From: Candidatus Saccharimonadales bacterium
Lineage (GTDB): Bacteria; Patescibacteriota; Saccharimonadia; Saccharimonadales; 2-12-FULL-41-12
Direction: 5' to 3'
Assembly: GCA_041600715.1 (NCBI GenBank)
Contig: JBFIJM010000002.1
Coordinates: forward strand, 5,770 to 69,769
Length of the DNA: 64,000 nt
In this document: piece by piece, positions 38,816 to 47,252 of the stretch
Numbering within the stretch: the first letter of the stretch is position 1
Layout: each line of letters opens with the position of its first letter
The notes under the pieces: generated by a model
Database searches by the model: none
Told to the model about the DNA's origin: nothing
The model's input: only the letters and a program-made list of their open reading frames with translations
Position numbers and translations under genes: made by a program

Positions 38816-39622
38816 TTAGATTAACTCAGGGAAGGATTCATTTTCTTTATTCCATCTAAGGAACTGAACCTTCTCTCCTTTCCTGTATGCGTTCCAGGCT
38901 TTAAAGATTATAGCCTTTTTCTCAGTAGCAGGTAGAGATGCCTTACTCATCTTATCTTGCATCAGCTTATTCCTGAGAGCTATTATTGGGCTACCTTCTT
39001 CAAGGCCAAGACCTGTACAGACCTTTCTCCAAAAATCTTCAGAGGCTACCACATCTCTTTCAGCCATAAGGTATTTGTATCCTGCAATCACTGAAAGCGA
39101 CAGGATCTTTTGGAAGGATAGGTATAGATTATTGCTATCTGCGACTAACTGTTCAATATCCTTGTGTTCATTGAAGTAGTTTATCAAATCAGTGTTAGAA
39201 GGCTTTACCCTCCCCTTTAGTCCTCCCCTAGTTGAGTTTCTACCATTATGGTGCAGAAGGATTATCTTAGTGGCGGCAGCACAGGAGTTTGGGTTCTTAA
39301 CACCATTGATAGAGAACACATCTCCACCTGACCTGTTCTTACCTGTATCCATCACTGCGAAGGCTTCTGAGTTTATTCCTGTTACTACAAGGAACTTCTG
39401 GGTGCTATCCGACTCAACTATAGCGGTTAGTCGGTGTTGACCATCTAAAAGCCCTCCGGCCTCTGAGAACCTAATAGGCTGTCCATCGAATGTCCAATTA
39501 CCAATCATCATTTCTTTTGCTAAGAAGTTAGCATGAGCTTTAGATAGCTTTCTGTTGCTTACATTTCTCTTTAACATATCCATTGCAACTTTTGGGGTAA
39601 TGTCTCTTATTTCTGTTTTCAT
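38816..39622 (-). CDS. ParB/sulfiredoxin-fold protein with DGQHR motif
   Basis: 268 aa. GGLLDGQHRLTAI is the ParB-nuclease/DGQHR signature. Confidence 0.6.
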   Translation of the reverse strand: MKTEIRDITPKVAMDMLKRNVSNRKLSKAHANFLAKEMMIGNWTFDGQPIRFSEAGGLLDGQHRLTAIVESDSTQKFLVVTGINSEAFAVMDTGKNRSGGDVFSINGVKNPNSCAAATKIILLHHNGRNSTRGGLKGRVKPSNTDLINYFNEHKDIEQLVADSNNLYLSFQKILSLSVIAGYKYLMAERDVVASEDFWRKVCTGLGLEEGSPIIALRNKLMQDKMSKASLPATEKKAIIFKAWNAYRKGEKVQFLRWNKENESFPELI

Positions 39623-39640
39623 AATTATTAATTTAGGTTA

Positions 39641-39802
39641 CTATTTGAATTTATCTTCTAGGTACTCAATTAAATACTTAGCATAGGATACATTGAAAGC
39701 CCTACCGTTAAAAGAAAAGGTTTCTGATCCATTCTTTTTTGCTGATTCGTACATCTTCTTAAAAGAGTCAAAATCTCCTTTTGTAAAACTTATCTCATCC
39801 AT
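39641..39802 (-). CDS. small hypothetical protein (53 aa, below cut-off)
   Basis: My translation is MDEISFTKGDFDSFKKMYESAKKNGSETFSFNGRAFNVSYAKYLIEYLEDKFK*. It fills the gap exactly; the upstream stop is 2 nt away. Confidence 0.45.
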   Translation of the reverse strand: MDEISFTKGDFDSFKKMYESAKKNGSETFSFNGRAFNVSYAKYLIEYLEDKFK

Positions 39803-39804
39803 AG

Positions 39805-40206
39805 CTATATAATTTTAATTAGTTCTTCTTTTAGTTCTACCGAAAGTTGGTCTTGAAACCTGTTATACAGGCTTTTAGCAGCTTTCTTCATTTTCACTAT
39901 CTTAACTTTCTCTCGGTTTCTTTCCTGTATAAATACAGCAGGCTCATAATGATACACAGAGAAGGTTCTTATCTTTCCGCTAGGATCAACTAAATCCCTA
40001 GTTCCGTGTTTATAGATTACACCTAAATCCTCTAGCCCAGACAGCCTGGCGACGATTGTAGACACAGCCATTGTGAAGTGGGATTTTAAATTAGGTATTA
40101 CTACTCCTTGGCTGTTTTTGATATAATCCAAGATGTATGCGGCATCTGTTTCCATTTGGCCTGAATCTACTTGCCTGTTCAGGGTTATTATTTGTGCTTG
40201 ACTCAT
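39805..40206 (-). CDS. winged-helix (MarR-like) DNA-binding protein
   Basis: 133 aa. HFTMAVSTIVARLSGLEDLGVIYKHG fits a wHTH recognition helix plus wing. Confidence 0.5.
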   Translation of the reverse strand: MSQAQIITLNRQVDSGQMETDAAYILDYIKNSQGVVIPNLKSHFTMAVSTIVARLSGLEDLGVIYKHGTRDLVDPSGKIRTFSVYHYEPAVFIQERNREKVKIVKMKKAAKSLYNRFQDQLSVELKEELIKII

Positions 40207-40207
40207 G

Positions 40208-40537
40208 TTATACTAGATTAGGTTCAACAATAATTCGCTCAATACCCTCTTTTATAAGGGGCATCGTAGCCAACATTTCGGTGGTCTCATTTTTAAAGTC
40301 ATGAGGAACCAGCTTTCTAAAAGATCCTGCCCAATAACATTCTCTATCTCCATCACTTCCTTTAACAGAAATCTCAACGAAGTATAGGTACTCTCTACCG
40401 TTAAACATCTTTGACCCGAGAACAGTCAGGATGTCTCCTTTCTTTGGGTCGAATGGGCTTGGTTCATCACTCAATAAGAACGCATCACTGAAACCATTTT
40501 CTTCAATGCACTCCACTTTGTCTCCTTGTTTCATCAT
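40208..40537 (-). CDS. hypothetical protein
   Basis: 109-aa ORF ending 1 nt from its neighbour. Confidence 0.6.
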   Translation of the reverse strand: MMKQGDKVECIEENGFSDAFLLSDEPSPFDPKKGDILTVLGSKMFNGREYLYFVEISVKGSDGDRECYWAGSFRKLVPHDFKNETTEMLATMPLIKEGIERIIVEPNLV

Positions 40538-40555
40538 AATATATAATTTAGGGGG

Positions 40556-40684
40556 TTAATATTCATCTTTTCTTTCATCTTCATAAAGGTCTGTCACCTC
40601 TTCCATACGGCAGATGGAGCAGAGACCTCCTTTTTCTATCTCATACTCTCCACATCTCTCACATAACTCACTATCATCGTCCAT
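40556..40684 (-). CDS. 42-aa zinc-ribbon mini-protein (below cut-off)
   Basis: My translation is MDDDSELCERCGEYEIEKGGLCSICRMEEVTDLYEDERKDEY*, carrying CxxC...CxxC. Has TAATG overlap with the upstream small gene. Confidence 0.4.
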   Translation of the reverse strand: MDDDSELCERCGEYEIEKGGLCSICRMEEVTDLYEDERKDEY

Positions 40685-40851
40685 TACTTAGCTTTTAATG
40701 CGTTATCAATTATTGCTACCCATAGGGTGTACCTACCAGAGTCTATCATTTGGTCTCTAAGGGTGTTGAGAGTTATCTCTAGGCAGTCTTCTCTGGTCAT
40801 CTGAGGCTCTACTGCCGAACTTTCGGTGTTGTCATTTTCTTTATCTTTCAT
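40684..40851 (-). CDS. 55-aa hypothetical protein (below cut-off)
   Basis: My translation is MKDKENDNTESSAVEPQMTREDCLEITLNTLRDQMIDSGRYTLWVAIIDNALKAK*. Starts 2 nt after the upstream stop. Confidence 0.4.
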   Translation of the reverse strand: MKDKENDNTESSAVEPQMTREDCLEITLNTLRDQMIDSGRYTLWVAIIDNALKAK

Positions 40852-40853
40852 AT

Positions 40854-41129
40854 CTAATCGTATTTAGTTACTAATTCCATATACACTGTGTCTTGCTGTA
40901 GGTACTTCTGATCTTTGTCGCACATATTGTTCATCATGATGATGGTAATGGCGCATTGATCCCAGTACTTTTGTGTTGACACCGAAACCTCGTCCTCTAG
41001 TTTTTCATTAGATTTCTCTAGGTCTTGTATCCTATGTGACATTTCGGTGTTACTGTATCCTACCCCTCCAAGTACAATGACCAGAAGCATAAACAAGAAG
41101 ATTACTAGTTCGTATTGGTGGTTTTTCAT
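40854..41129 (-). CDS. small membrane protein
   Basis: 91 aa with an N-terminal TM (LVIFLFMLLVIVLGGVGY). Confidence 0.55.
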   Translation of the reverse strand: MKNHQYELVIFLFMLLVIVLGGVGYSNTEMSHRIQDLEKSNEKLEDEVSVSTQKYWDQCAITIIMMNNMCDKDQKYLQQDTVYMELVTKYD

Positions 41130-41138
41130 AATTATATT

Positions 41139-41405
41139 TTATAAGTCCATTGGTCTACACCATCGCTCAAATTTGTAGCTAGGTATTTCATCTTCTGTCT
41201 TTTCGTATCCATCACGCCTGTATGCTTTCATGGTAACATCATCAACCCACTGAATCTGGCTCTCTCCATCAACCTCTATCCAAGCCCACCTCTTGTTGCA
41301 TATAGGTTTGGGTTCAGGTATTGGGTCTATGCCAAATAAGAATCTTTCTTCTTGAGCCTTATATTCTTCAAACCTCTTTTTTTCTTCTTTACTTATCCAA
41401 TTCAT
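41139..41405 (-). CDS. hypothetical protein
   Basis: 88-aa ORF. Confidence 0.55.
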   Translation of the reverse strand: MNWISKEEKKRFEEYKAQEERFLFGIDPIPEPKPICNKRWAWIEVDGESQIQWVDDVTMKAYRRDGYEKTEDEIPSYKFERWCRPMDL

Positions 41406-41569
41406 CTCTTTCGTTTTAGTCTTATTAGGTCACACTTCTTACACCTCCTATAGTCTGGTAGGTGAGGTATCCTCTTAAATCTGTGCTTGCAGTTGTTTTT
41501 GGGGATCCCGTTGTAGGTATTTTCTTCTACGCCAGGCGTTACTATTATGAATATCTCTCGTTTCTGCAT
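41402..41569 (-). CDS. 55-aa basic protein (below cut-off)
   Basis: My translation is MQKREIFIIVTPGVEENTYNGIPKNNCKHRFKRIPHLPDYRRCKKCDLIRLKRKR*. ATGA overlap with the next gene. Confidence 0.4.
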   Translation of the reverse strand: MQKREIFIIVTPGVEENTYNGIPKNNCKHRFKRIPHLPDYRRCKKCDLIRLKRKR

Positions 41570-41626
41570 ACTTATTATTACTAGGTTGTAGCAAAAATAC
41601 TAAAAAATATTTAAAGTTTTACATTT

Positions 41627-41920
41627 TTAGAAAGAAATATTTCCGGGGAGCTTAATCTCATCCATGTACTGTTGAGGTTTCATGTGCCTTAGCTCATGCT
41701 CAAGACGCAGATTTAAGCATCCTAATTCTGATAGTGAGTCGTTATAGGCTTGAATATCTTTCAGGTCGAAGTTGCTCTGAATCATGAACTCTCTTGCATG
41801 GGCAAGCTTGGTGCTGGTATCTTCTATCTGCTGTCGCAGTAGCTTAATCTTAGATTTTCTACCAAAGTATGCCACTTTAATATGATTTATGAACGACCAC
41901 AACCGCATTGACCTTGACAT
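41627..41920 (-). CDS. hypothetical protein (start uncertain)
   Basis: 97-aa ORF overlapping the upstream gene by 44 nt. An in-frame GTG at 41875, 1 nt after that gene's stop, is an alternative start. Confidence 0.5.
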   Translation of the reverse strand: MSRSMRLWSFINHIKVAYFGRKSKIKLLRQQIEDTSTKLAHAREFMIQSNFDLKDIQAYNDSLSELGCLNLRLEHELRHMKPQQYMDEIKLPGNISF

Positions 41921-42188
41921 TGTAGAAGAATTTGTTTGAGTGGTCAGTGAAATTTTCTCCTAGCCCTATGTCGGACTTGAGCATTTCGTATTGATCTTCT
42001 GGAACATTCTGTATTTCGATTACGAACTTGTCCTGGGGGAAGCGTTCAGAGAAGGATGATAGTTCGGTAGTAATAGCGTAGAAGTCATTATACTTGTTCA
42101 GCTCTTCTCTATACAGTGGCATTATACTTTTTATTACTCCGTTCTCTCGGCTCACAACTCTTTGTCTTTCAAATTGATAGATCAACAT
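41877..42188 (-). CDS. hypothetical protein
   Basis: 103-aa ORF. Confidence 0.55.
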   Translation of the reverse strand: MLIYQFERQRVVSRENGVIKSIMPLYREELNKYNDFYAITTELSSFSERFPQDKFVIEIQNVPEDQYEMLKSDIGLGENFTDHSNKFFYNVKVNAVVVVHKSY

Positions 42189-42192
42189 CTTG

Positions 42193-42405
42193 CTAATATA
42201 AGGAATTAATCAATAGGAGCTGAATAAATTCTTTCAACAACCTTAGCTCGTTATCGTAATCCCCCTGAACAAGACTATCTCCATCAACATCCTTTTGGGT
42301 GATGTAGCCTTCTTCTGGTATAATCTTGTTGTGCTTCCACTTGATAAGATCTGACTCAATCAAGATGAATGTATCGTTCTCTGTTACTGTGATGTTTCTC
42401 TGCAT
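42193..42405 (-). CDS. hypothetical protein
   Basis: 70-aa ORF. Confidence 0.5.
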   Translation of the reverse strand: MQRNITVTENDTFILIESDLIKWKHNKIIPEEGYITQKDVDGDSLVQGDYDNELRLLKEFIQLLLINSLY

Positions 42406-42415
42406 GGCGTTTGGT

Positions 42416-42634
42416 TTAGTGTTTATAATACTTGTTTACAATTCTTTCAGACTCTTCTTGGTGTTTTGAGTAATCGCTAAAAAAGTTATCATTGTAACTC
42501 TCTCCATAAGAAGCGACAAACCCACGAACCAACTCTTTAAAGGTTTTAGCATTTAGCTTTTCACCTCCACGAAATAAGTGCTGCATAACTGCCGCCTGTG
42601 CTGTGTCTTCCGTTATCTTCACTAATAATCTCAT
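42416..42634 (-). CDS. hypothetical protein
   Basis: 72-aa ORF. Confidence 0.5.
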   Translation of the reverse strand: MRLLVKITEDTAQAAVMQHLFRGGEKLNAKTFKELVRGFVASYGESYNDNFFSDYSKHQEESERIVNKYYKH

Positions 42635-42640
42635 AATTTA

Positions 42641-43900
42641 TTATTTTAGGTTTAACTTACTGATTATTGCTGACAGCACCTCTCTCGTAATGCTGTTTCC
42701 GGCCTGTTTGTAGGCCTGGGTGTCGCTGACAGGTATCTTGAACGTGTCAGGGAAGCCTTGTAGTCTGAAGCACTCCCTTGGGGTGAGCCTTCGGATTCTG
42801 CTTTCAGCCCTAATAACAGGCTGTCCACTTCCATCTTCCCTTGCTCTAGCAGGTATGGTGGGGGCTGTACCGTCAGCTATCTTCCTAAATCCCTCTCCAT
42901 CCTTATGTGTTCTCCACGTACCGCTTTCGATAACTCCCTGCTCACATCCAGTATCTAATGTTTGAGCGATACCCTTACCAACCCTTCCTCTACGAGTAGT
43001 TGATGCTAGGACACTGAAGTTAAGGCTGTCTCCTTCCTTCATCTCGTCATACCCCTTAGAGTTGTTGGTTTTAATCTTCACAAGGTCGTCAGCACCACCA
43101 CCACCGAACTTCAAGGCACTCATGTTGTCCTTTTCAGGATCATGAAACTTAGCTCCAAAGCCATTTCCTTTAGCCTTATTTCGCTCATCATACTCAACCA
43201 ACCTATTAACCACCTCCTCTTTTAGGAAGTAATTATCTCCAGGGGAGTCCTCTAAGACATCTTTTAGCTTAGTTGTTAATGGAACCTCTTGAGGCCAAGA
43301 GAAAGTGTTGTCAGCGTCATCTCTGATGCCCACAATGAATACTCTTTCCCTATTTTGGGGAATACCGAAGTTTTTAGTGTTGAGCACCCGATAATAAATA
43401 TGATAGTGTACAGCTTCCTCTATTGGGAAGATGATAGGGTTTCCATTGACTGACTTACCACCAAGGTAGTTGAGCCATGTCTGAAATGTCTTACCCACCT
43501 GGGATGAGTCCTTGCTATCCCTGTCGTGAGACAATAACCCCTTGACATTCTCAAAGATAAAGAAGCGTGGGTTGTTTTCCTTTATGAACTCATATGAGTT
43601 ATAGAACAATATACCCCTACCACTTTCGTCTTCAGTTCCCTTCCTATTCCCTGCCATACTAAACGCTTGGCATGGTGGAGAGGTCATGTAGATGTCTAAT
43701 GGTTCCGATGGGATCTCCCTATCGTATACGTTCTCCGGGTAGTACTTAGGCTCTCCATAGTTGGCTATGTATGTTTGCCTGGCGTACTTATCCATATCAC
43801 AAGAGAACTCTGTCTCATAACCTATGCCTGACAGCATTAATGCTTGGTCAAAGGCTCCAACTCCTGAGAAGTCTGATCCTACTTTGATTTTCTTTTCCAT
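42641..43900 (-). CDS. DNA (cytosine-5)-methyltransferase
   Basis: All core motifs are present: I FSGVGAF, IV SPPCQAFS, VI ENVKGL, VIII QNRERVFIVG, IX RRLTPRECFRLQGFPD and X GNSI. Confidence 0.9.
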   Translation of the reverse strand: MEKKIKVGSDFSGVGAFDQALMLSGIGYETEFSCDMDKYARQTYIANYGEPKYYPENVYDREIPSEPLDIYMTSPPCQAFSMAGNRKGTEDESGRGILFYNSYEFIKENNPRFFIFENVKGLLSHDRDSKDSSQVGKTFQTWLNYLGGKSVNGNPIIFPIEEAVHYHIYYRVLNTKNFGIPQNRERVFIVGIRDDADNTFSWPQEVPLTTKLKDVLEDSPGDNYFLKEEVVNRLVEYDERNKAKGNGFGAKFHDPEKDNMSALKFGGGGADDLVKIKTNNSKGYDEMKEGDSLNFSVLASTTRRGRVGKGIAQTLDTGCEQGVIESGTWRTHKDGEGFRKIADGTAPTIPARAREDGSGQPVIRAESRIRRLTPRECFRLQGFPDTFKIPVSDTQAYKQAGNSITREVLSAIISKLNLK

Positions 43901-43927
43901 AGTTTCGGTATTAAATTTTCAATAAAG

Positions 43928-44044
43928 TTAACTATTACATTTTACTTCTATGAGAAGGACTATGAACGCAATTATCACAGTGATATTAAACACCCTTCTA
44001 AATACAGCCCATAGCCATTCTATCCATCTCTTTAGATCACTCAT
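43928..44044 (-). CDS. 38-aa membrane mini-protein (below cut-off)
   Basis: My translation is MSDLKRWIEWLWAVFRRVFNITVIIAFIVLLIEVKCNS*. Its start overlaps the upstream stop (ATGAGTGA). Confidence 0.3.
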   Translation of the reverse strand: MSDLKRWIEWLWAVFRRVFNITVIIAFIVLLIEVKCNS

Positions 44045-44585
44045 CGTCTAATTTTTTATATGAATCCATTCGTTCAATCTTATCCAGGTACTTGAACAGT
44101 TTGCCCTGCGTCTCTGTGTCTACATCCTCCATGTTCGCTCTAATCCTCTCGAATTGGTTGATGATTAACCAACCTCGCACCTTATCGAGTAGCATTTGCT
44201 CGAACTCATCTCGGTCTAGCCCTAGTGCTTCCTTGTCCTTCCATCGGACTACAATAAAGCCCTTGATGTTCGGTGTTGCACGAAGGCTTACCCTGTATCT
44301 TTCAAACCGATGTAGCCTGGGGTATATCTTCTTAATACCGAAATAGTTCTCAAGTTGTGTGATACTGTCAAAGAACCTTGTGATGTCGTAGCTGTGCGGA
44401 TCAATGATTGCATACCGGTTTCCTATCTTCCTACCAGCATTGCTCTTCACATTACGCATAGCTCTCTTACGTTGCTTTGCACGTTTCTTATTCAGGATTT
44501 TCTGTTCGTTCCTACGCCTGAACTTCTCTAAGCTAGAGAAACCGTAGTCATCCTCATCTAGGAGGGCATCGTGTCGTCTTATCAT
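44037..44585 (-). CDS. hypothetical basic protein (start trimmed)
   Basis: The ORF track gives 44037..44672, but its first 29 codons read through the conserved intergenic element. I prefer the Met at 44585 (MIRRHDALL...). Confidence 0.55.
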   Translation of the reverse strand: MIRRHDALLDEDDYGFSSLEKFRRRNEQKILNKKRAKQRKRAMRNVKSNAGRKIGNRYAIIDPHSYDITRFFDSITQLENYFGIKKIYPRLHRFERYRVSLRATPNIKGFIVVRWKDKEALGLDRDEFEQMLLDKVRGWLIINQFERIRANMEDVDTETQGKLFKYLDKIERMDSYKKLDDE

Positions 44586-44637
44586 TTGTTTAAAATTTAG
44601 GTTAATAATTAATTGATAGTGATTGTTCGGTGTTAAA
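44586..44637 (-). promoter_or_regulatory. conserved leftward intergenic element, copy A
   Basis: Gene-sense sequence is TTAACACCGAACAATCACTATCAATTAATTATTAACCTAAATTTTAAACAA-ATG. Confidence 0.55.
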
Positions 44638-44997
44638 TTAATTTTGTTCTTCCAACCATTTGTAGTGGTCATCTATTATTTTCCTGTCAGGTTTTTTATA
44701 CCAAAATAGAAACTCAATAAGTATTTTACACAACATTTGTTGTCGTGTATGGTAATCAAACCATTGAAATGTAACCCTAAACTTTTGGTATTTATGTTCC
44801 ATTTTCCAGTGATTTCTACCAAGCTCCAAATAGACCCCTGTTTCTTGTTCTATTATTTCAGCTATATTCATTAGCTCTGAGTAAGACTCATGATACTTAA
44901 CGCCATCCCTTTCATCCTCAAGGAACTCCTTTATTACCTGAATCCCCTCAGTTGACGGACTAAAATGATCTTTTTTTGTTGTCTTTAATTTTTTCAT
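44638..44997 (-). CDS. hypothetical protein
   Basis: 119-aa ORF. Confidence 0.6.
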   Translation of the reverse strand: MKKLKTTKKDHFSPSTEGIQVIKEFLEDERDGVKYHESYSELMNIAEIIEQETGVYLELGRNHWKMEHKYQKFRVTFQWFDYHTRQQMLCKILIEFLFWYKKPDRKIIDDHYKWLEEQN

Positions 44998-45002
44998 GTC
45001 TC

Positions 45003-45257
45003 TTATTTTACTTTAATGAATATATCAGTACTTGTTTTATTCCAGTCAACCCTAGCTAGGTTGCCTTTCTGTAGGGCTAAGTACTCTTTAGCCACTACTG
45101 GGTCAATCTTTTCGTTCTTAGCATAACGGACTCCTGTTATCAGCGTAAATGTTTCCACACCATTGGTATCCATAACGGATTTTATTGCCGTTGATCCCAT
45201 TCCGTTTGTTTTGGCGACTGCCATTTCTTGCTCTAATTGTTTTAATGTGTCAATCAT
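45003..45257 (-). CDS. hypothetical protein (start trimmed)
   Basis: The ORF track gives 45003..45314. Its N-terminal 19 codons are read-through of the repeat element, so I prefer the Met at 45257 (MIDTLKQ...). Confidence 0.55.
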   Translation of the reverse strand: MIDTLKQLEQEMAVAKTNGMGSTAIKSVMDTNGVETFTLITGVRYAKNEKIDPVVAKEYLALQKGNLARVDWNKTSTDIFIKVK

Positions 45258-45307
45258 GATTTTAAAATTTAGGTTAATAATTAATTGATAGTGATTGTTC
45301 GGTGTTA
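45258..45307 (-). promoter_or_regulatory. conserved leftward intergenic element, copy B
   Basis: Gene-sense sequence is TTAACACCGAACAATCACTATCAATTAATTATTAACCTAAATTTTAAAATC-ATG, nearly identical to copy A. Confidence 0.55.
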
Positions 45308-45679
45308 ACAACAATTACAGTCATCTATATCTTTTCCATTACGACATAGAGTACCATCTAATAAATCCTCCTTATTTTCGTTATACCACTTAATAAATTC
45401 TACTACTACCCTGTATAGGTCTCCAATATTACTGAATGACCTAATTGGTATCTTGTCATCAAGAATGGAATCATTATCCATCCATCCACCTACCACATCA
45501 ATACATTTGTGATAAACAGGCATTAACCAATCCCAAGAGGTGTCAAATAGTAAATCATCAAATGTATTATCTTTTGTGTAGGATAGCTTTAAATTTCCCT
45601 CATTGTCATACCATCCTATCGGGGTGTTTTGCATCCCCATAAATTCTGCTATTAGCTTATTGTTTTCTGTTGTTTTCAT
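45305..45679 (-). CDS. hypothetical protein (start trimmed)
   Basis: The ORF track gives 45305..45736. The Met at 45679 (MKTTENNKLIAEFMG...) is preceded by AAGGAGGA at 6-nt spacing and avoids a 41-nt overlap. Confidence 0.6.
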   Translation of the reverse strand: MKTTENNKLIAEFMGMQNTPIGWYDNEGNLKLSYTKDNTFDDLLFDTSWDWLMPVYHKCIDVVGGWMDNDSILDDKIPIRSFSNIGDLYRVVVEFIKWYNENKEDLLDGTLCRNGKDIDDCNCC

Positions 45680-45695
45680 AATTAGTCCTCCTTGT

Positions 45696-45932
45696 TTATG
45701 TTGTGTAAATAACTGTATCAATACCTTTCTTCTCATCTACAAAGAAAGCTGCACCCCCATCATTCCCTTCATCATCTTTCTGAAGCACCATAAAACTGCC
45801 GTCATCAAAGATTATTGCCAATGGATTACTGTGCCACCCCATATCTTCCATTTCTTCAGACGTAAGGTATCTTGTCTCCTTAATAGTTTTTCCTACTAAG
45901 AGTTCTGACATTTTCTTATCATGTTTACTCAT
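45696..45932 (-). CDS. hypothetical protein
   Basis: 78-aa ORF. Confidence 0.55.
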   Translation of the reverse strand: MSKHDKKMSELLVGKTIKETRYLTSEEMEDMGWHSNPLAIIFDDGSFMVLQKDDEGNDGGAAFFVDEKKGIDTVIYTT

Positions 45933-45956
45933 ATTCTAATGCCTGTTTCCAGGTCT

Positions 45957-46358
45957 TTAATGGTTATTATTAGTGATAGTGTTTATTCGGTCTATTTGCT
46001 GATCCATTATCATTGATGCCCTTTCCTCTCTTGTTAAGCGTTTAATCTTCCCCTCAAGCTGTTTAATCTTCCTCTTTAGGTTAATAACCGTAATCGACTT
46101 AGGGTCTTCCATATACTTCCGACCATCAGCAGTCACCTTAAACTTAGCCCCCCTACCGTCTTTAAATAGTAGTTCATCTGCCTCCCACCTAGCTATATTG
46201 ATTGAGTAGTAGCCCTGGCGATACACAAAGTCCCTATGGAGATTGCCTTGGGCTACCCATATAAACAACTGCACCTGCTTTCTGGTTGCTCCACCTCTAG
46301 TCTTAGCGATCCTGCGAAAGACATAACGCTGAATATTATTTACTCGTTCCATCATCAT
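45957..46358 (-). CDS. hypothetical protein
   Basis: 133-aa basic ORF. Confidence 0.55.
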   Translation of the reverse strand: MMMERVNNIQRYVFRRIAKTRGGATRKQVQLFIWVAQGNLHRDFVYRQGYYSINIARWEADELLFKDGRGAKFKVTADGRKYMEDPKSITVINLKRKIKQLEGKIKRLTREERASMIMDQQIDRINTITNNNH

Positions 46359-46608
46359 TGGATTTAGTTAAAAACTCCTCAGCTATACTCTGAGATATTT
46401 GGTGGATGTCTAACCCTAAATCGGAACACTCCCTCTTTAATTCATCTCTCTCGGAGCACAACTCCTTGGACACTCTGCCTCCCACATAATCTGAGGTTTC
46501 ATGTACACAGTCCGACAGGAAGTATATTCCGGTTATTTCTATTAGGTTTCGGAAGAACTCTTCTGTTCTTCTCATTGTTTCGACAATTTCTTTCGCTGTT
46601 ATTTTCAT
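46336..46608 (-). CDS. hypothetical protein
   Basis: 90-aa ORF. Confidence 0.55.
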   Translation of the reverse strand: MKITAKEIVETMRRTEEFFRNLIEITGIYFLSDCVHETSDYVGGRVSKELCSERDELKRECSDLGLDIHQISQSIAEEFLTKSNDDGTSK

Positions 46609-46658
46609 GACTTTAAATTTAGTACCGAAAGTTCGGTGTTAATAATAATTGATAGTGA
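46609..46658 (-). promoter_or_regulatory. conserved leftward intergenic element, copy C (shuffled module order)
   Basis: Gene-sense sequence is AATCACTATCAATTATTATTAACACCGAACTTTCGGTACTAAATTTAAAGTC-ATG. It contains an ACCGAA/TTCGGT palindrome. Confidence 0.5.
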
Positions 46659-47225
46659 TTACTTACCTGTCATCTTAAGATACTTAAAGATGTACCCTAA
46701 TGCGAGAGACACTCCTTCCTCAACACTTATGTAGTCATAAGTCCTAAGTGAGGCAGAACTACTTAGCCCGCTATTTCTGTCTGAATTAGTCCACCCCATA
46801 TCTTTTAGGTAGGTTCTCTTAAACCCACCCTCTAACACAAATAGAGACAGAGCCCTTCCTCTGGACTCATACCCAATATTAGACTCTATTAACAAGAAGG
46901 TATGACCTCTAAACACAAAGGTCTTTTCATTGGGAAGTATATCTTTGACTTCCACTACTGGTTCAGCTACTAACTCAAGGAAGTCCTCAACATCAATATC
47001 CTGAAATGATTGTACGGTTTTTTTAGGTTGCTTACCTTTACCTTTAAGGACTGATAGTGAAATACTTTCTCCGTCTATAATTACTGATATTTGTGTTTCG
47101 TCATCCACATCAAAATTGAAGTGTCCAACACCGAACTCTTTAAGTAGTTCGTCATCAATATTCCCATAGGTCTTTTCGGCTAATGTAGCCATTGCTGATA
47201 CTCTTTTTGGCAAACTTGTTCTCAT
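46659..47225 (-). CDS. hypothetical protein
   Basis: 188-aa ORF. Confidence 0.6.
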   Translation of the reverse strand: MRTSLPKRVSAMATLAEKTYGNIDDELLKEFGVGHFNFDVDDETQISVIIDGESISLSVLKGKGKQPKKTVQSFQDIDVEDFLELVAEPVVEVKDILPNEKTFVFRGHTFLLIESNIGYESRGRALSLFVLEGGFKRTYLKDMGWTNSDRNSGLSSSASLRTYDYISVEEGVSLALGYIFKYLKMTGK

Positions 47226-47252
47226 GATAATATATTTTAGGTTAATAATTAA
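47226..47252 (-). promoter_or_regulatory. conserved leftward element, copy D (proximal half only)
   Basis: Gene-sense sequence is AATTAATTATTAACCTAAAATATATTATC-ATG. Confidence 0.45.

Noticed and set aside
44586-45314. Shared N-terminal peptide TPNNHYQLIINLNFK in two ORF-track proteins (44037..44672 and 45003..45314), which could look like a conserved domain.
   Set aside because: It is the read-through translation of the conserved intergenic DNA element. Internal Met codons directly downstream of the element give tidy, non-overlapping genes.
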